A stretch of DNA of 43,932 nt from Syntrophus sp. (in: bacteria) (lineage in GTDB: Bacteria; Desulfobacterota; Syntrophia; Syntrophales; UBA8958). Every line of letters begins with the position of its first letter. The first letter of the stretch is position 1. Below the pieces are notes generated by a model. It ran no database searches. It saw nothing but the letters and a program-made list of their open reading frames with translations, and had not been told where the DNA came from. A program made the position numbers and the translations under genes. This document shows, piece by piece, positions 35,832 through 43,932 of the stretch. The stretch covers positions 1 to 43,932 of the forward strand of contig DMAT01000275.1 of the NCBI GenBank assembly GCA_003451635.1. Direction: 5' to 3'.

Positions 35832-37328
35832 ATGGTCCATGCCTTCGGAATTGACAATATTAGTCCATACAAGAAGAAAATACTCGTCGTAGACGATTAT
35901 GTGCCTACGCGGCAGATGATCGTGGACGCCCTGTCCGACAGTGGCTACCAGACGATCAAAGAAGCGGGAAACGGAAGAGAGGCCCTCGGTTTTTTCAGGA
36001 ATGAGCATTATGACCTGGTTATAAGCGATGTGATGATGCCCCAGATGGGGGGCATGGAATTGCTTCAACACCTGAAAGAAATCAAGCCTGATACCGCCGT
36101 GATTATGATAACCGCCCAGCCGGAGGTGGAGCTCACCGTTTCCGCTCTCAAAAAGGGAGCCGTTGATTTCCTGAAAAAACCATTCAATATAGAAGATTTG
36201 ATGTACAAAGTTCATGTATATCTTCAGGAAATCAATATCACCACCCCCCAGTCCTACCAAAGCGACCTGCTTTTAAAGCAGATAGAAGAAAAAACAAACG
36301 AATTATCAATACATAGTTATATTTATGACTCTGTTGAGAATATAGAAGGAAATCATGATGAAATATTTGAGAAATTGGCGACAACAGCCATGCGGGTTGT
36401 CGATGGCGAAGAGTGCTTTCTCCTGATTTATGACGATGAAACAAAGGAATTTCATGCCCGGGTATCAAAGAGCCTGAACAATTCTTTCAATTCAAAGTTG
36501 ACCATTCTCTCTCTCAAGTATCTATACCATCAGGTTGTCGAAAAAGGTGACGCCCTGATGATTCACTCTCAAGACCACCCGTTCGTAGCCCCTTCGCTGA
36601 TCTGTTCGCCCCTGATGATAAGGGATAAGACATTTGGCGTTTTGAGTATCAGAAAAAAGAAGGACCGGGGGCCTTTTGCCCAGAAAGATCTTAATTATCT
36701 CGTTAGCCTCTGTAAAAGGGCATCTTTGAACCTTGAGAACAAGATGCTCTACGAGAGCCTCTACGTGAATGTTCTTGACACCTTTAAGGCTCTGATCGCC
36801 TCTATTCAGGTTCGGGATCAGTACACGGAAGATCATTCGTTACGGGTAACGAAGCTTGCTGTTCGTGTCGCCCGGGAAATGGGATGTTCAAGTGGTGAAA
36901 TAGAGTCGATGAAGATAGCGGGCTCGCTTCACGACCTTGGGAAGGTGGCAATACCCGATAATGTGCTCCTTAAGCCGGACCGCCTTACCAATGAAGAATA
37001 TGAGATCATCAAGCAGCATCCGGACACAGGGGAAAGAATTCTCAAGCCCGTCGCCATTTTTGAGCGAGAGCGCACCATTATCCGACACCACCACGAACGT
37101 TGGGACGGGAGTGGCTACCCTGCAGGTTTATCAGGGGAAGACATTCCGCTCCTCGCAAGGATTCTTGCCATGACTGATACCTTTGACGCGATTACCAACA
37201 ATCGCCCCTATCGACAGGCCCAGAGCGTAGAAACAGCGATAGAGGAAATCAAAAATAATCGGGGCACCCAGTTCGATCCCCTCGTGACGGACCACTTCCT
37301 GATAATTCTGAGAAAGTCGCAAATCTAA
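35832..37328 (+). CDS. Response regulator with REC, GAF-like and HD-GYP domains (predicted c-di-GMP phosphodiesterase, RpfG type)
   Basis: REC: KKILVVDDYVPTRQMI...DLVISDVMMPQMGGMELL...ITA...KPF. HD-GYP: HSLRV..LA..VA...G......AG.LHDLGKVAIPD..L.KP..L...E...I..HP..G..IL and HHERWDGSGYP, then DTFDAITNNRPYR. Confidence 0.9.
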   Translation: MVHAFGIDNISPYKKKILVVDDYVPTRQMIVDALSDSGYQTIKEAGNGREALGFFRNEHYDLVISDVMMPQMGGMELLQHLKEIKPDTAVIMITAQPEVELTVSALKKGAVDFLKKPFNIEDLMYKVHVYLQEINITTPQSYQSDLLLKQIEEKTNELSIHSYIYDSVENIEGNHDEIFEKLATTAMRVVDGEECFLLIYDDETKEFHARVSKSLNNSFNSKLTILSLKYLYHQVVEKGDALMIHSQDHPFVAPSLICSPLMIRDKTFGVLSIRKKKDRGPFAQKDLNYLVSLCKRASLNLENKMLYESLYVNVLDTFKALIASIQVRDQYTEDHSLRVTKLAVRVAREMGCSSGEIESMKIAGSLHDLGKVAIPDNVLLKPDRLTNEEYEIIKQHPDTGERILKPVAIFERERTIIRHHHERWDGSGYPAGLSGEDIPLLARILAMTDTFDAITNNRPYRQAQSVETAIEEIKNNRGTQFDPLVTDHFLIILRKSQI

Positions 37329-37366
37329 GATTCACTCCGCTCCACTTTACTCTTCATATTCCAGCC

Positions 37367-37382
37367 TGGCACAATAATTGTA
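37367..37382 (+). promoter_or_regulatory. Weak sigma-54-like element upstream of the SLT gene
   Basis: TGGCAC-AATAA-TTGTA has a perfect -24 element, but the -12 element reads GT instead of GC. Confidence 0.3.
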
Positions 37383-37406
37383 TATCCAAAGCCAGACATT
37401 TCCCCT

Positions 37407-38183
37407 TTGGAGGATTCTGTGCATATAGCAGGAAAAACCGGACAAGTGGTCAGAACGGAAGAGATGAATAATTTCCGAAAGGATTATTTTGATCTGGAGA
37501 AGTCAAAGCGTCAATCCATCTTTAATCAGATGATCAGTGATATTGGTCGTTGCCAGGAAATAGGTTTTATGAGGAGCGAAAACGCGGCGCCATCTCGTGA
37601 GGAAATCAAGAAGCTCATTGAAGTTATGCAGTTGAAACTATACGACTATATTGCCCGGCTCGACTCCGAATCGGAAGGAAACGACCGCTTCACCCTGCCC
37701 ACGCTGCTCATGGCTGGGAATCCTTCCATGAGAAACAAGGAAAATATCACAGCGTCAAAAAATGAACATGTAAATATTAATACCGGATCAGAGAAAACAA
37801 GGCCCGGTCTTGACGAAATAATTCAACAGGCGTCGGAAAAATATGGAGTGGACGAAAATCTCATTCACAGTGTCGTCAAGATGGAAAGTAATTACAACCC
37901 CGCAGCCACATCACCCAAGGGGGCCATGGGGCTCATGCAATTAATGCCCGGAACGGCAAAGGACCTTGATGTCCAAAGGCCCTACGATCCTGAAGAGAAT
38001 ATTATGGGGGGGACGCGTTACCTCAAAGGGCTGCTGGATCGTTATCATGGCGATGTCTCCCTGAGCCTGGCGGCTTACAACTGGGGGATGGGAAACGTCG
38101 AAAAACGACTCGAAAAAATGCCCCTGGAAACAAAAAATTACGTCACCAGGGTCATGCAGCATTATCAGAACGCCAAAGGGTAA
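37407..38183 (+). CDS. Soluble lytic transglycosylase (SLT/GH23 domain) protein
   Basis: C-terminal [36 protein letters not shown]...[27 protein letters not shown] carries the E-S, GLMQ and AYNxG motifs of family 1 lytic transglycosylases. The start is uncertain (TTG 37407, GTG 37419 or ATG 37464). Confidence 0.8.
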   Translation: MEDSVHIAGKTGQVVRTEEMNNFRKDYFDLEKSKRQSIFNQMISDIGRCQEIGFMRSENAAPSREEIKKLIEVMQLKLYDYIARLDSESEGNDRFTLPTLLMAGNPSMRNKENITASKNEHVNINTGSEKTRPGLDEIIQQASEKYGVDENLIHSVVKMESNYNPAATSPKGAMGLMQLMPGTAKDLDVQRPYDPEENIMGGTRYLKGLLDRYHGDVSLSLAAYNWGMGNVEKRLEKMPLETKNYVTRVMQHYQNAKG

Positions 38184-39498
38184 TCCCATTAACCTTCATC
38201 CAGTCAGATAGATCATTAAGGGATCGTTGTGCGTACTCTTTGCCCCGCTCTCTTTTCTTAATCCTTTTCTCTAAGGGACGAAAAATACCGTGATTGACAT
38301 TCATGGGCTGGAATTCATTCTTCACCGGCGTGGTAATAAAGCGGATCAGGGCCCCCAGGGCCGTTGTGTCCGGCGGCGGCAGCAACTCCTTGTCTTCGAG
38401 AAGGCGTGAGACGCTGAGTCCGGAAAAAAGTCCCATGGCGGCGGATTCCACATAGCCCTCTACGCCTGCCAACTGGCCTGCGAAAAATAACGAGGGGTGG
38501 GAGCGGAGTTGAAGGCGTTCATTGAGGAGGGCAGGGGAATGGATGAAGGTGTTGCGGTGAATGCTTCCGTAGCGGGCAAATTCCGCATTCTCCAGGCCGG
38601 GTATCATTCTGAAAATGCGACGCTGTTCCGGCCAAGTTAATTTGGTCTGGAAGCCGACCATATTGAGGAGGGTTCCGGACTGGTCTTCCTTACGCAGTTG
38701 GACCACGGCATGAGCTTGTCGGCCGGTCCGCGGGTCCGTCAGGCCGACAGGTTTCATGGGACCAAAAAGCAAGGTAAGATCTCCACGCTCGGCCAGGATT
38801 TCTATGGGAAGACATCCTTCAAAATAGCGAGGTTTTTCGAAGTCCCGGAGGGGGACCTTGTCGGCCTTGAGCACTGCCTCCCGAAAGGTGGTATAGGTTG
38901 GTTCATCGAGGGGACAGTTGAGGTAATCTCCTTCTCCTTCCTGATAGCGGGATGCCCAGAACGTCTTGGCCGCGTCGATGGAATCGGCGGTCACAATGGG
39001 CGAGATGGCGTCATAAAAGTAGAGATAGTCGCTACCGGTGAGGATCTGTATCTCCCTGGCAAAAGCCTCGGACGTGAGGGGTCCCGTTGCGATCACGACC
39101 GGGCCGGTACGGGGAATTTCCACAACCTCCTGATGGATCAGCCGAAAGCGATCGCCAAAGCTCGACAGCTTATCCTGAATATATTCCGAAAACCGACGGC
39201 GGTCCACGGCCAGGGACTTGCCCGCCGGAACCGCGGTTTTGTCCGCCCCTTCCATAAAGAGCGATCCCAGACAGCGCAACTCCTGTTTCAGGAGACCGAC
39301 AGCGCTTTCCAGGGCATTGGAGCGCAGGGAATTGCTGCAGACCAGTTCGGAAAGGAGGGGCGAGGCATGGGCCGGGGAAAAGCGTTCCGGTTTCATCTCA
39401 TACATGTTAACACGGCATCCCCGGTTCAGCAACTGCCATGCCGCTTCACACCCGGCGAGCCCTCCGCCGATGACGATTACCTCGCGATCAACCATCAT
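38152..39498 (-). CDS. trmFO: Methylenetetrahydrofolate--tRNA-(uracil-5-)-methyltransferase TrmFO (Gid)
   Basis: [17 protein letters not shown]...EMKP...SPAH....[11 protein letters not shown]......AVGLLK.E and FFAGQ..GVEGY.ES...G are TrmFO hallmarks. Follows topA as in many genomes. Confidence 0.9.
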   Translation of the reverse strand: MMVDREVIVIGGGLAGCEAAWQLLNRGCRVNMYEMKPERFSPAHASPLLSELVCSNSLRSNALESAVGLLKQELRCLGSLFMEGADKTAVPAGKSLAVDRRRFSEYIQDKLSSFGDRFRLIHQEVVEIPRTGPVVIATGPLTSEAFAREIQILTGSDYLYFYDAISPIVTADSIDAAKTFWASRYQEGEGDYLNCPLDEPTYTTFREAVLKADKVPLRDFEKPRYFEGCLPIEILAERGDLTLLFGPMKPVGLTDPRTGRQAHAVVQLRKEDQSGTLLNMVGFQTKLTWPEQRRIFRMIPGLENAEFARYGSIHRNTFIHSPALLNERLQLRSHPSLFFAGQLAGVEGYVESAAMGLFSGLSVSRLLEDKELLPPPDTTALGALIRFITTPVKNEFQPMNVNHGIFRPLEKRIKKRERGKEYAQRSLNDLSDWMKVNGITLWRSDNAA

Positions 39499-41905
39499 TT
39501 AGCGTCAGGTCAGCCTTATAGCGGCAATCCTTGCGGAGGCACTGCTTTACCTCCCCGGCTTTGGTTCGCTTCTCCACAAGGAAGGGGGCGCCGCACTGGG
39601 GACAAGGTTCAGGGAGAGGTCGATACCACATGGCGAATTTGCAGGTTGGGTATTTAGTGCATCCAAAGAACGTTTTGCCGGTTTTCGCACGCCTTTCGGA
39701 AATGAATCCGGCACAGCCCTCTTCCGGACATGGGACGCCAAGATGAACGTTAAGGATGGCTTTGCATTCCGGATAGCCGGTGCAACCGAGGAACTTGCCG
39801 AAACGTCCCTCCTTGTGAGCCATGGGTTTCCCGCATTTTTCACACATGGTATCGGTGATAATCATCTCCGCTTTCGGACGGTCGCTTCCGTCACCCGCCG
39901 TAATTTTAAGCGTGTTTTTACACTCCGGATAGCCTGAGCAGGCCATAAACTTTCCGAATCTTCCCGCTTTGAGTACCATGGTTTTTCCGCATTTTTCACA
40001 GTTGACATCAGGCGCGGTCTTATCATCCGCAGTCCCCTGACCGTTCCCTTCCTCAGGGAGATTCATGGTGTTTTTACAGGTAGGATAATTGGTACATGCG
40101 ATAAAACGGCCGTTCTTTCCCCATTTGATGGACATGGGGCTCCCGCATTTCTCGCAGATCATGTCGGTGGGAATCCCCTTGCCTTTAAGGCTCTTCATGT
40201 TATCTGCCGCCGCTTTAAGTTCCCTTGAAAAGTCCTCATAAAAGTCCTTGAGGGTATCGATGCGATCTGTCTTCCCTTCCTCGATTAGATCCAGACGGCT
40301 TTCCAGAGAGGCAGTGAAGGTCACGTCGAGGATCTTGGGGAAGTTTTCAACCAGTAAACCTGTTACCAGCATTCCCAGATCCGTAGGACGGAATTTACCT
40401 TTTTCCATAAGCACGTATTCCCGGTCCTGAATGGTGCTGAGGATTGTTGCATAGGTGCTGGGACGTCCGATTCCTTTCTCTTCGAGCTCCCGAACGAGAG
40501 AAGCCTCGGAGAATCTGGGGGGAGGCTGGGTAAATTTTTGTTCGGGGGTCAAGGCAAGAAGGTGTAAAATCTCGCCTACAGCCAGGTCGGGAAGGATCTT
40601 TCCCAATTCTTCGTCCGGATCAGCGCCGTTGTCTTCTTTCCCTTCCCGATACACCTCCGTATAGCCCGAAAATTTCATGATGGAACCCTGGGCGCGGAAG
40701 AGACAGGAACCGGCCGTTATTTCAATTACGGTCTGATCGAAGACAGCCGGGGACATCTGACTGGCAATAAAGCGGTTCCAGATCAATAGATACAGTTTGA
40801 ACTGATCGGGGCTAAGATATTGTTTGATATCACCGGGACGGTAGAGCATCGAAGAGGGTCTGACTGCCTCATGGGCGTCCTGGGCAGAGGCGCTGTTCTT
40901 GAATAAACGAGGTTTGGGAGGGAGATATGACGGATCATAGGCGGTCTGGATATATTTCCTGACTTCTTGCAGCGCCTCCTCAGAAATACGCATGGAGTCC
41001 GTTCGCATATATGTGATGAGCCCTACCGATCCTTCAACCCCCAATTCAATCCCTTCGTAGAGTTGTTGTGCCACACTCATCGTTTTCTTGGCGGAAAAAC
41101 GCAGCCAGCGGGAGGCTTCTTGCTGGAGTTTGCTCGTTGTAAAGGGCGGCAAGGGGGAGCGCTTGAGTTCCTTCTTGTCCACCTTGGCGACGACAAAATC
41201 CTGTCGGCCCAGTTCTTCAAGCACCTGGGCTGATTGCTCACCATTGGTCACCTTTGCTTTTTTATTGTCTATTTTTGTCAGTTTGGCGTCAAAGACCGGT
41301 GGCTTGTTTCCCTCCAAAGAGGCGGAAATAGTCCAGAATTCCTCGGAGATGAAACCGTTGATCTCGTTTTCCCGATCGACGACGATTCTTACCGCGACGG
41401 ATTGAACACGTCCGGCGCTAAGCCCCCGCCTGACCTTGTCCCAGAGGAGAGGGCTTATCTTGTACCCCACAAGACGGTCCAGTGTCCGCCGTGTCTGCTG
41501 GGCCTCGTACTTCGGAAGGTTGAGTTCGAGGGGGTTTCTGATCGCCTCGAGGACGGTATTTTTCGTAAGATCGTTGAAAAGGGCGCGATGGAGGATCTTA
41601 TTCTTCCCGTTGATTTCCTGGGCGACGTGCCAGGCAATCGCCTCGCCTTCCCGATCCGGGTCGGGGGCCAGATAAATGTGTTCGGCCTTCTGAGCGGCTT
41701 TCTTTATCTCTGCCATGACTTTCTTCTTGCTGTCCACAACATTGTAACTCGGCTCAAAGCCATTATCAACATCAATCCCCAGAGTACTCTTGGGCAGGTC
41801 CTTTACATGACCCATGGTTGCGAGGACATCAAAATCCGTGCCGAGAAATTTTTTTATCGTTTTTACTTTGGTTGGCGACTCCACAATTACTAAAGAACGG
41901 GACAT
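39488..41905 (-). CDS. topA: DNA topoisomerase I with multiple C-terminal Zn-ribbon repeats
   Basis: LVIVESPTKVKTIKKFLG Toprim start. LITYMRTDS active-site region. Repeated C.KCG..M......G.F..C..YP.CK fingers at the C-terminus. Confidence 0.95.
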   Translation of the reverse strand: MSRSLVIVESPTKVKTIKKFLGTDFDVLATMGHVKDLPKSTLGIDVDNGFEPSYNVVDSKKKVMAEIKKAAQKAEHIYLAPDPDREGEAIAWHVAQEINGKNKILHRALFNDLTKNTVLEAIRNPLELNLPKYEAQQTRRTLDRLVGYKISPLLWDKVRRGLSAGRVQSVAVRIVVDRENEINGFISEEFWTISASLEGNKPPVFDAKLTKIDNKKAKVTNGEQSAQVLEELGRQDFVVAKVDKKELKRSPLPPFTTSKLQQEASRWLRFSAKKTMSVAQQLYEGIELGVEGSVGLITYMRTDSMRISEEALQEVRKYIQTAYDPSYLPPKPRLFKNSASAQDAHEAVRPSSMLYRPGDIKQYLSPDQFKLYLLIWNRFIASQMSPAVFDQTVIEITAGSCLFRAQGSIMKFSGYTEVYREGKEDNGADPDEELGKILPDLAVGEILHLLALTPEQKFTQPPPRFSEASLVRELEEKGIGRPSTYATILSTIQDREYVLMEKGKFRPTDLGMLVTGLLVENFPKILDVTFTASLESRLDLIEEGKTDRIDTLKDFYEDFSRELKAAADNMKSLKGKGIPTDMICEKCGSPMSIKWGKNGRFIACTNYPTCKNTMNLPEEGNGQGTADDKTAPDVNCEKCGKTMVLKAGRFGKFMACSGYPECKNTLKITAGDGSDRPKAEMIITDTMCEKCGKPMAHKEGRFGKFLGCTGYPECKAILNVHLGVPCPEEGCAGFISERRAKTGKTFFGCTKYPTCKFAMWYRPLPEPCPQCGAPFLVEKRTKAGEVKQCLRKDCRYKADLTLNDG

Positions 41906-41909
41906 AAAT

Positions 41910-43121
41910 TCACTCCTGAAGAATATACGTTTTCCCCGGCATTTGCCGGATTAGGCCCCTGAGTTCGAGATGCAAAAGCAGGGAAAGTATCTCCGAGGCT
42001 GACATGCCGGTAACGGCAATGAGATCATCAACGGGACGAGGTCGGAAAGACAGGCTATTTATTAGCATTTGCTCTTTCTCACCGAGGATTGCATGACGAG
42101 CATCACGATGCCGACGGGGTCCGTTGGAGGGGGCGTCGGAGAGGCCATCGAGGTGCGCATCTGAGGAAAGATCGGTGAGAACGGCAGGCAAGGCCGCTTT
42201 TACGGACATTGACTCACCAGGAGAAGTCTGCGGTCCGATTTCCGCAAGAATATCTTCGACATTTTCGACGAGTTTTGCCCCTTCCTTGATGAGACGGTTT
42301 GTTCCCCGCGAGCCTGCCTCATCGATACTGCCAGGTACGGCAAAGACCTCTCTCCCTTGTTCAAGGGCGATTCTTGCCGTAATGAGGGAACCGCTTCTTT
42401 CGGTTGCCTCAACAACCACAACCCCCAGTGACATCCCGCTGATGATTCGGTTCCGAGCGGGAAAATTAGGAGCGTTGGGTCGCGTGCCGAATGAATATTC
42501 CGAAACGACGGCGCCGCATTCGGATATTTCGTGGCAGAGGGATTCATTCTCCGGAGGATAGATGACATCCAGACCGGAGCCTAAAACAGCAACAGTTTTT
42601 CCTTTGACAGACAATGCGCCCCTGTGCGCCGACGTGTCGATACCTTTGGCCATACCGCTCACAATGGCGACTCCGCTCAGGGCCAGTTCCCGGCAGAGTC
42701 TTTCCGTTGTATATTTGCCGTAGGCGCTGGCCTTTCTTGAGCCGACCACGGCAACAGAGACGTCGAGCCCACGCAGCTCGCCCTTTACATAGAGAAGAAC
42801 CGGACAATCGTAAATGTGGCGGAGGCGCTGCGGAAAAAGGACATCATGACAGGTAAGGATGGAGACATTCATCCGTATGGCCTTTTCAAGTTCCCCATCA
42901 ACATGATCCCACTGTTTGAAGTCTTTGATACGGCGCGCTGTTTTTGGACCGATGACCGGTATGGTCTCAAGCAGGTGCAATGGGGCCTTAAAAACATGTT
43001 CCGGCGTCCCGAAGCTCTGTAACAGGCCCTTGATGCCAATGTTTCCAAGTCCCTCGACGAGCTTCAAGGCCAGCCAATATTTGAGATCATCAGTTATGGT
43101 TGTCATAGTTGCAGTAGTCAT
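41910..43121 (-). CDS. dprA: DNA-processing protein DprA (Smf)
   Basis: VAVVGSRKASAYG......L...LA..GV.IVSGMAKGIDT.AH.GAL...G.TVAVLG.GLD.IYP.EN and ARNRIISGMS.GVVVVEA...SGSLITA are the canonical DprA core. Confidence 0.9.
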   Translation of the reverse strand: MTTATMTTITDDLKYWLALKLVEGLGNIGIKGLLQSFGTPEHVFKAPLHLLETIPVIGPKTARRIKDFKQWDHVDGELEKAIRMNVSILTCHDVLFPQRLRHIYDCPVLLYVKGELRGLDVSVAVVGSRKASAYGKYTTERLCRELALSGVAIVSGMAKGIDTSAHRGALSVKGKTVAVLGSGLDVIYPPENESLCHEISECGAVVSEYSFGTRPNAPNFPARNRIISGMSLGVVVVEATERSGSLITARIALEQGREVFAVPGSIDEAGSRGTNRLIKEGAKLVENVEDILAEIGPQTSPGESMSVKAALPAVLTDLSSDAHLDGLSDAPSNGPRRHRDARHAILGEKEQMLINSLSFRPRPVDDLIAVTGMSASEILSLLLHLELRGLIRQMPGKTYILQE

Positions 43122-43303
43122 AAAAAAAGTGGCGAAGGATATATCTCATCCCGAGGGCTGTCAAGGAATTTAACGAAAGGAATTTAACAATGACGGGGTG
43201 ATCGATAACGAGCCATCCTGTAGGAAATAAATAATTATTGTCAGGGGAGTTGATTTCGGTTACATAGCACGCATTAATCAGAGAAGGACCCAAGGGCAGA
43301 AAT

Positions 43304-43932
43304 ATGTTTCGAAAATCTCTTTGGATATGCTTGATATTAACTATGGTGGCCCTAGAGCCTGTTGCACCGGAACAATGCCGGGGGGAGGCGATTATTATCC
43401 ATCCGGAATCCATCTCCCTGGGAGATATTGGGGCCGGGAAGATAAAGAAAGGAATGGTCACCATTACCTATGCCGATTCGGATCGGAAATCATGGTCGGC
43501 AGAGGTTAGCGAGGGTTGGATATGCAAATCGGGACGGCCTTTGGCGGGGATATTCGAACATACCCGACCATTACAGCTCAAAATGTCCATGAAATCTTCT
43601 TTGGCCCCGGCGGGAGAAGACAACAATCACAATGGCCTGTACACCGTTGTCCTCAACCTTGAAGTCGATAACAAACGAGTTGTTTACCATAAGAAACTTG
43701 CCGGCGGCAATCACCGGGAAGGGGTCGTTTTAAATGTCGGGGGGGAAATAAAGGTTATTGAACTTTCTTTTCATGTAATGGAATATCCAATGGAACCAGT
43801 CTTGTCTGTTTCACCCCTCCGGCTCGATTTTGGAACCCTGGGACAAGGACAGAAAATTATCAAGAAGATTGAGATCACAAACAGGGGCAGGCAGGCCTTG
43901 AAGTGGAAGGTAAATCAAAAGGACCATCCTCG
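43304..43932 (+). CDS. Secreted hypothetical protein, 3'-partial (runs off the window end; absent from the supplied ORF track)
   Basis: My own translation from ATG 43304 is open for 209 codons to the window end. It begins MFRKSLWICLILTMVALEPVAPEQ (signal-peptide-like). Later it reads SVSPLRLDFGTLGQGQKIIKKIEITNRGRQALKW, which looks like an Ig-like/ASH-type beta-sandwich repeat. Confidence 0.55.
   Translation, partial: MFRKSLWICLILTMVALEPVAPEQCRGEAIIIHPESISLGDIGAGKIKKGMVTITYADSDRKSWSAEVSEGWICKSGRPLAGIFEHTRPLQLKMSMKSSLAPAGEDNNHNGLYTVVLNLEVDNKRVVYHKKLAGGNHREGVVLNVGGEIKVIELSFHVMEYPMEPVLSVSPLRLDFGTLGQGQKIIKKIEITNRGRQALKWKVNQKDHP

Noticed and set aside
38152-38183. 32-nt convergent overlap of the SLT and trmFO 3' ends
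   Set aside because: It is probably just tail-to-tail overlap of poorly conserved C-termini, and there is no evidence of functional antisense regulation.
38698-39657. 319-aa plus-strand ORF antisense to trmFO/topA
   Set aside because: TrmFO and TopA are unambiguous on the minus strand. The long antisense frame is Gly/Arg/Pro-rich noise.
41234-41893. 219-aa plus-strand ORF antisense to topA
   Set aside because: Same reasoning: it is a shadow ORF inside a confidently called gene.
39488-43121. The dprA-topA-trmFO block as part of the flagellar system
   Set aside because: This is a widely conserved housekeeping synteny that in Bacillus also happens to lie upstream of the fla/che operon. Adjacency here is most likely coincidental or ancestral gene order, not functional coupling.
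43090-43464. 124-aa minus-strand ORF spanning the dprA upstream region
   Set aside because: It overlaps the dprA start and the signal-peptide end of the better-supported plus-strand ORF. It has no RBS and no recognisable motifs.
1-43932. Search by eye for tRNA/rRNA genes, CRISPR arrays, IS elements, integrases and toxin-antitoxin or defence modules
   Set aside because: None was found. Intergenic gaps are short and are accounted for by promoters, leaders and terminators. The only long-range DNA repeats are the diverged GT2-module paralogs. The terminal palindrome lacks a transposase and looks artefactual.

Overview
This window is a flagellar late-gene region from a sigma-54/sigma-28-using bacterium. 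The gene order suggests a deltaproteobacterium-like lineage, but that is inference only. The plus strand (2-10182) carries a 5'-partial FliK-like gene, a stand-alone FlhB C-terminal paralog, then flgF-flgG-flgA-flgH-flgI-flgJ(rod-binding domain only)-flgM-flgN-flgK-flgL-csrA-fliW. The minus strand (10235-16018) carries flagellin-fliD-fliS-(FlgN/FliT-like ORF)-flaG, and fliD is unusually large (1032 aa). Directly upstream of flagellin and co-oriented with it lies a tightly packed block of about 19 kb and 15 genes (16420-35384). It encodes three GT2-TPR modules, a TPR-sulfotransferase-GT2 fusion, two DegT aminotransferases, an RmlC-like cupin, an NDP-hexose C-methyltransferase-like enzyme and two further SAM methyltransferases. 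It also encodes two SDR epimerase/dehydratases, a WbpB-like/WbpD-like fusion, two radical SAM/SPASM proteins and a TPR protein. I read this block as a non-canonical flagellin glycosylation/modification island and consider it the main candidate for an undescribed system. No pse/leg nonulosonic-acid genes, Maf-type transferase or nucleotidyltransferase are recognisable in it. Downstream are a small ORF preceded by a sigma-28-type promoter, a REC-GAF-HD-GYP regulator, an SLT lytic transglycosylase, the housekeeping trio trmFO-topA-dprA, and a 3'-partial secreted-protein gene. Direct reading gives five sigma-28-type and three good sigma-54-type promoters, three CAAGGA CsrA-type sites in the flagellin leader, a recurring GGAAA..TTTCC palindrome, and a perfect 35-bp snap-back palindrome at the window start. 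I saw no tRNA, rRNA, CRISPR or IS element. All family calls rest on motifs in the supplied translations, and no database search was run.
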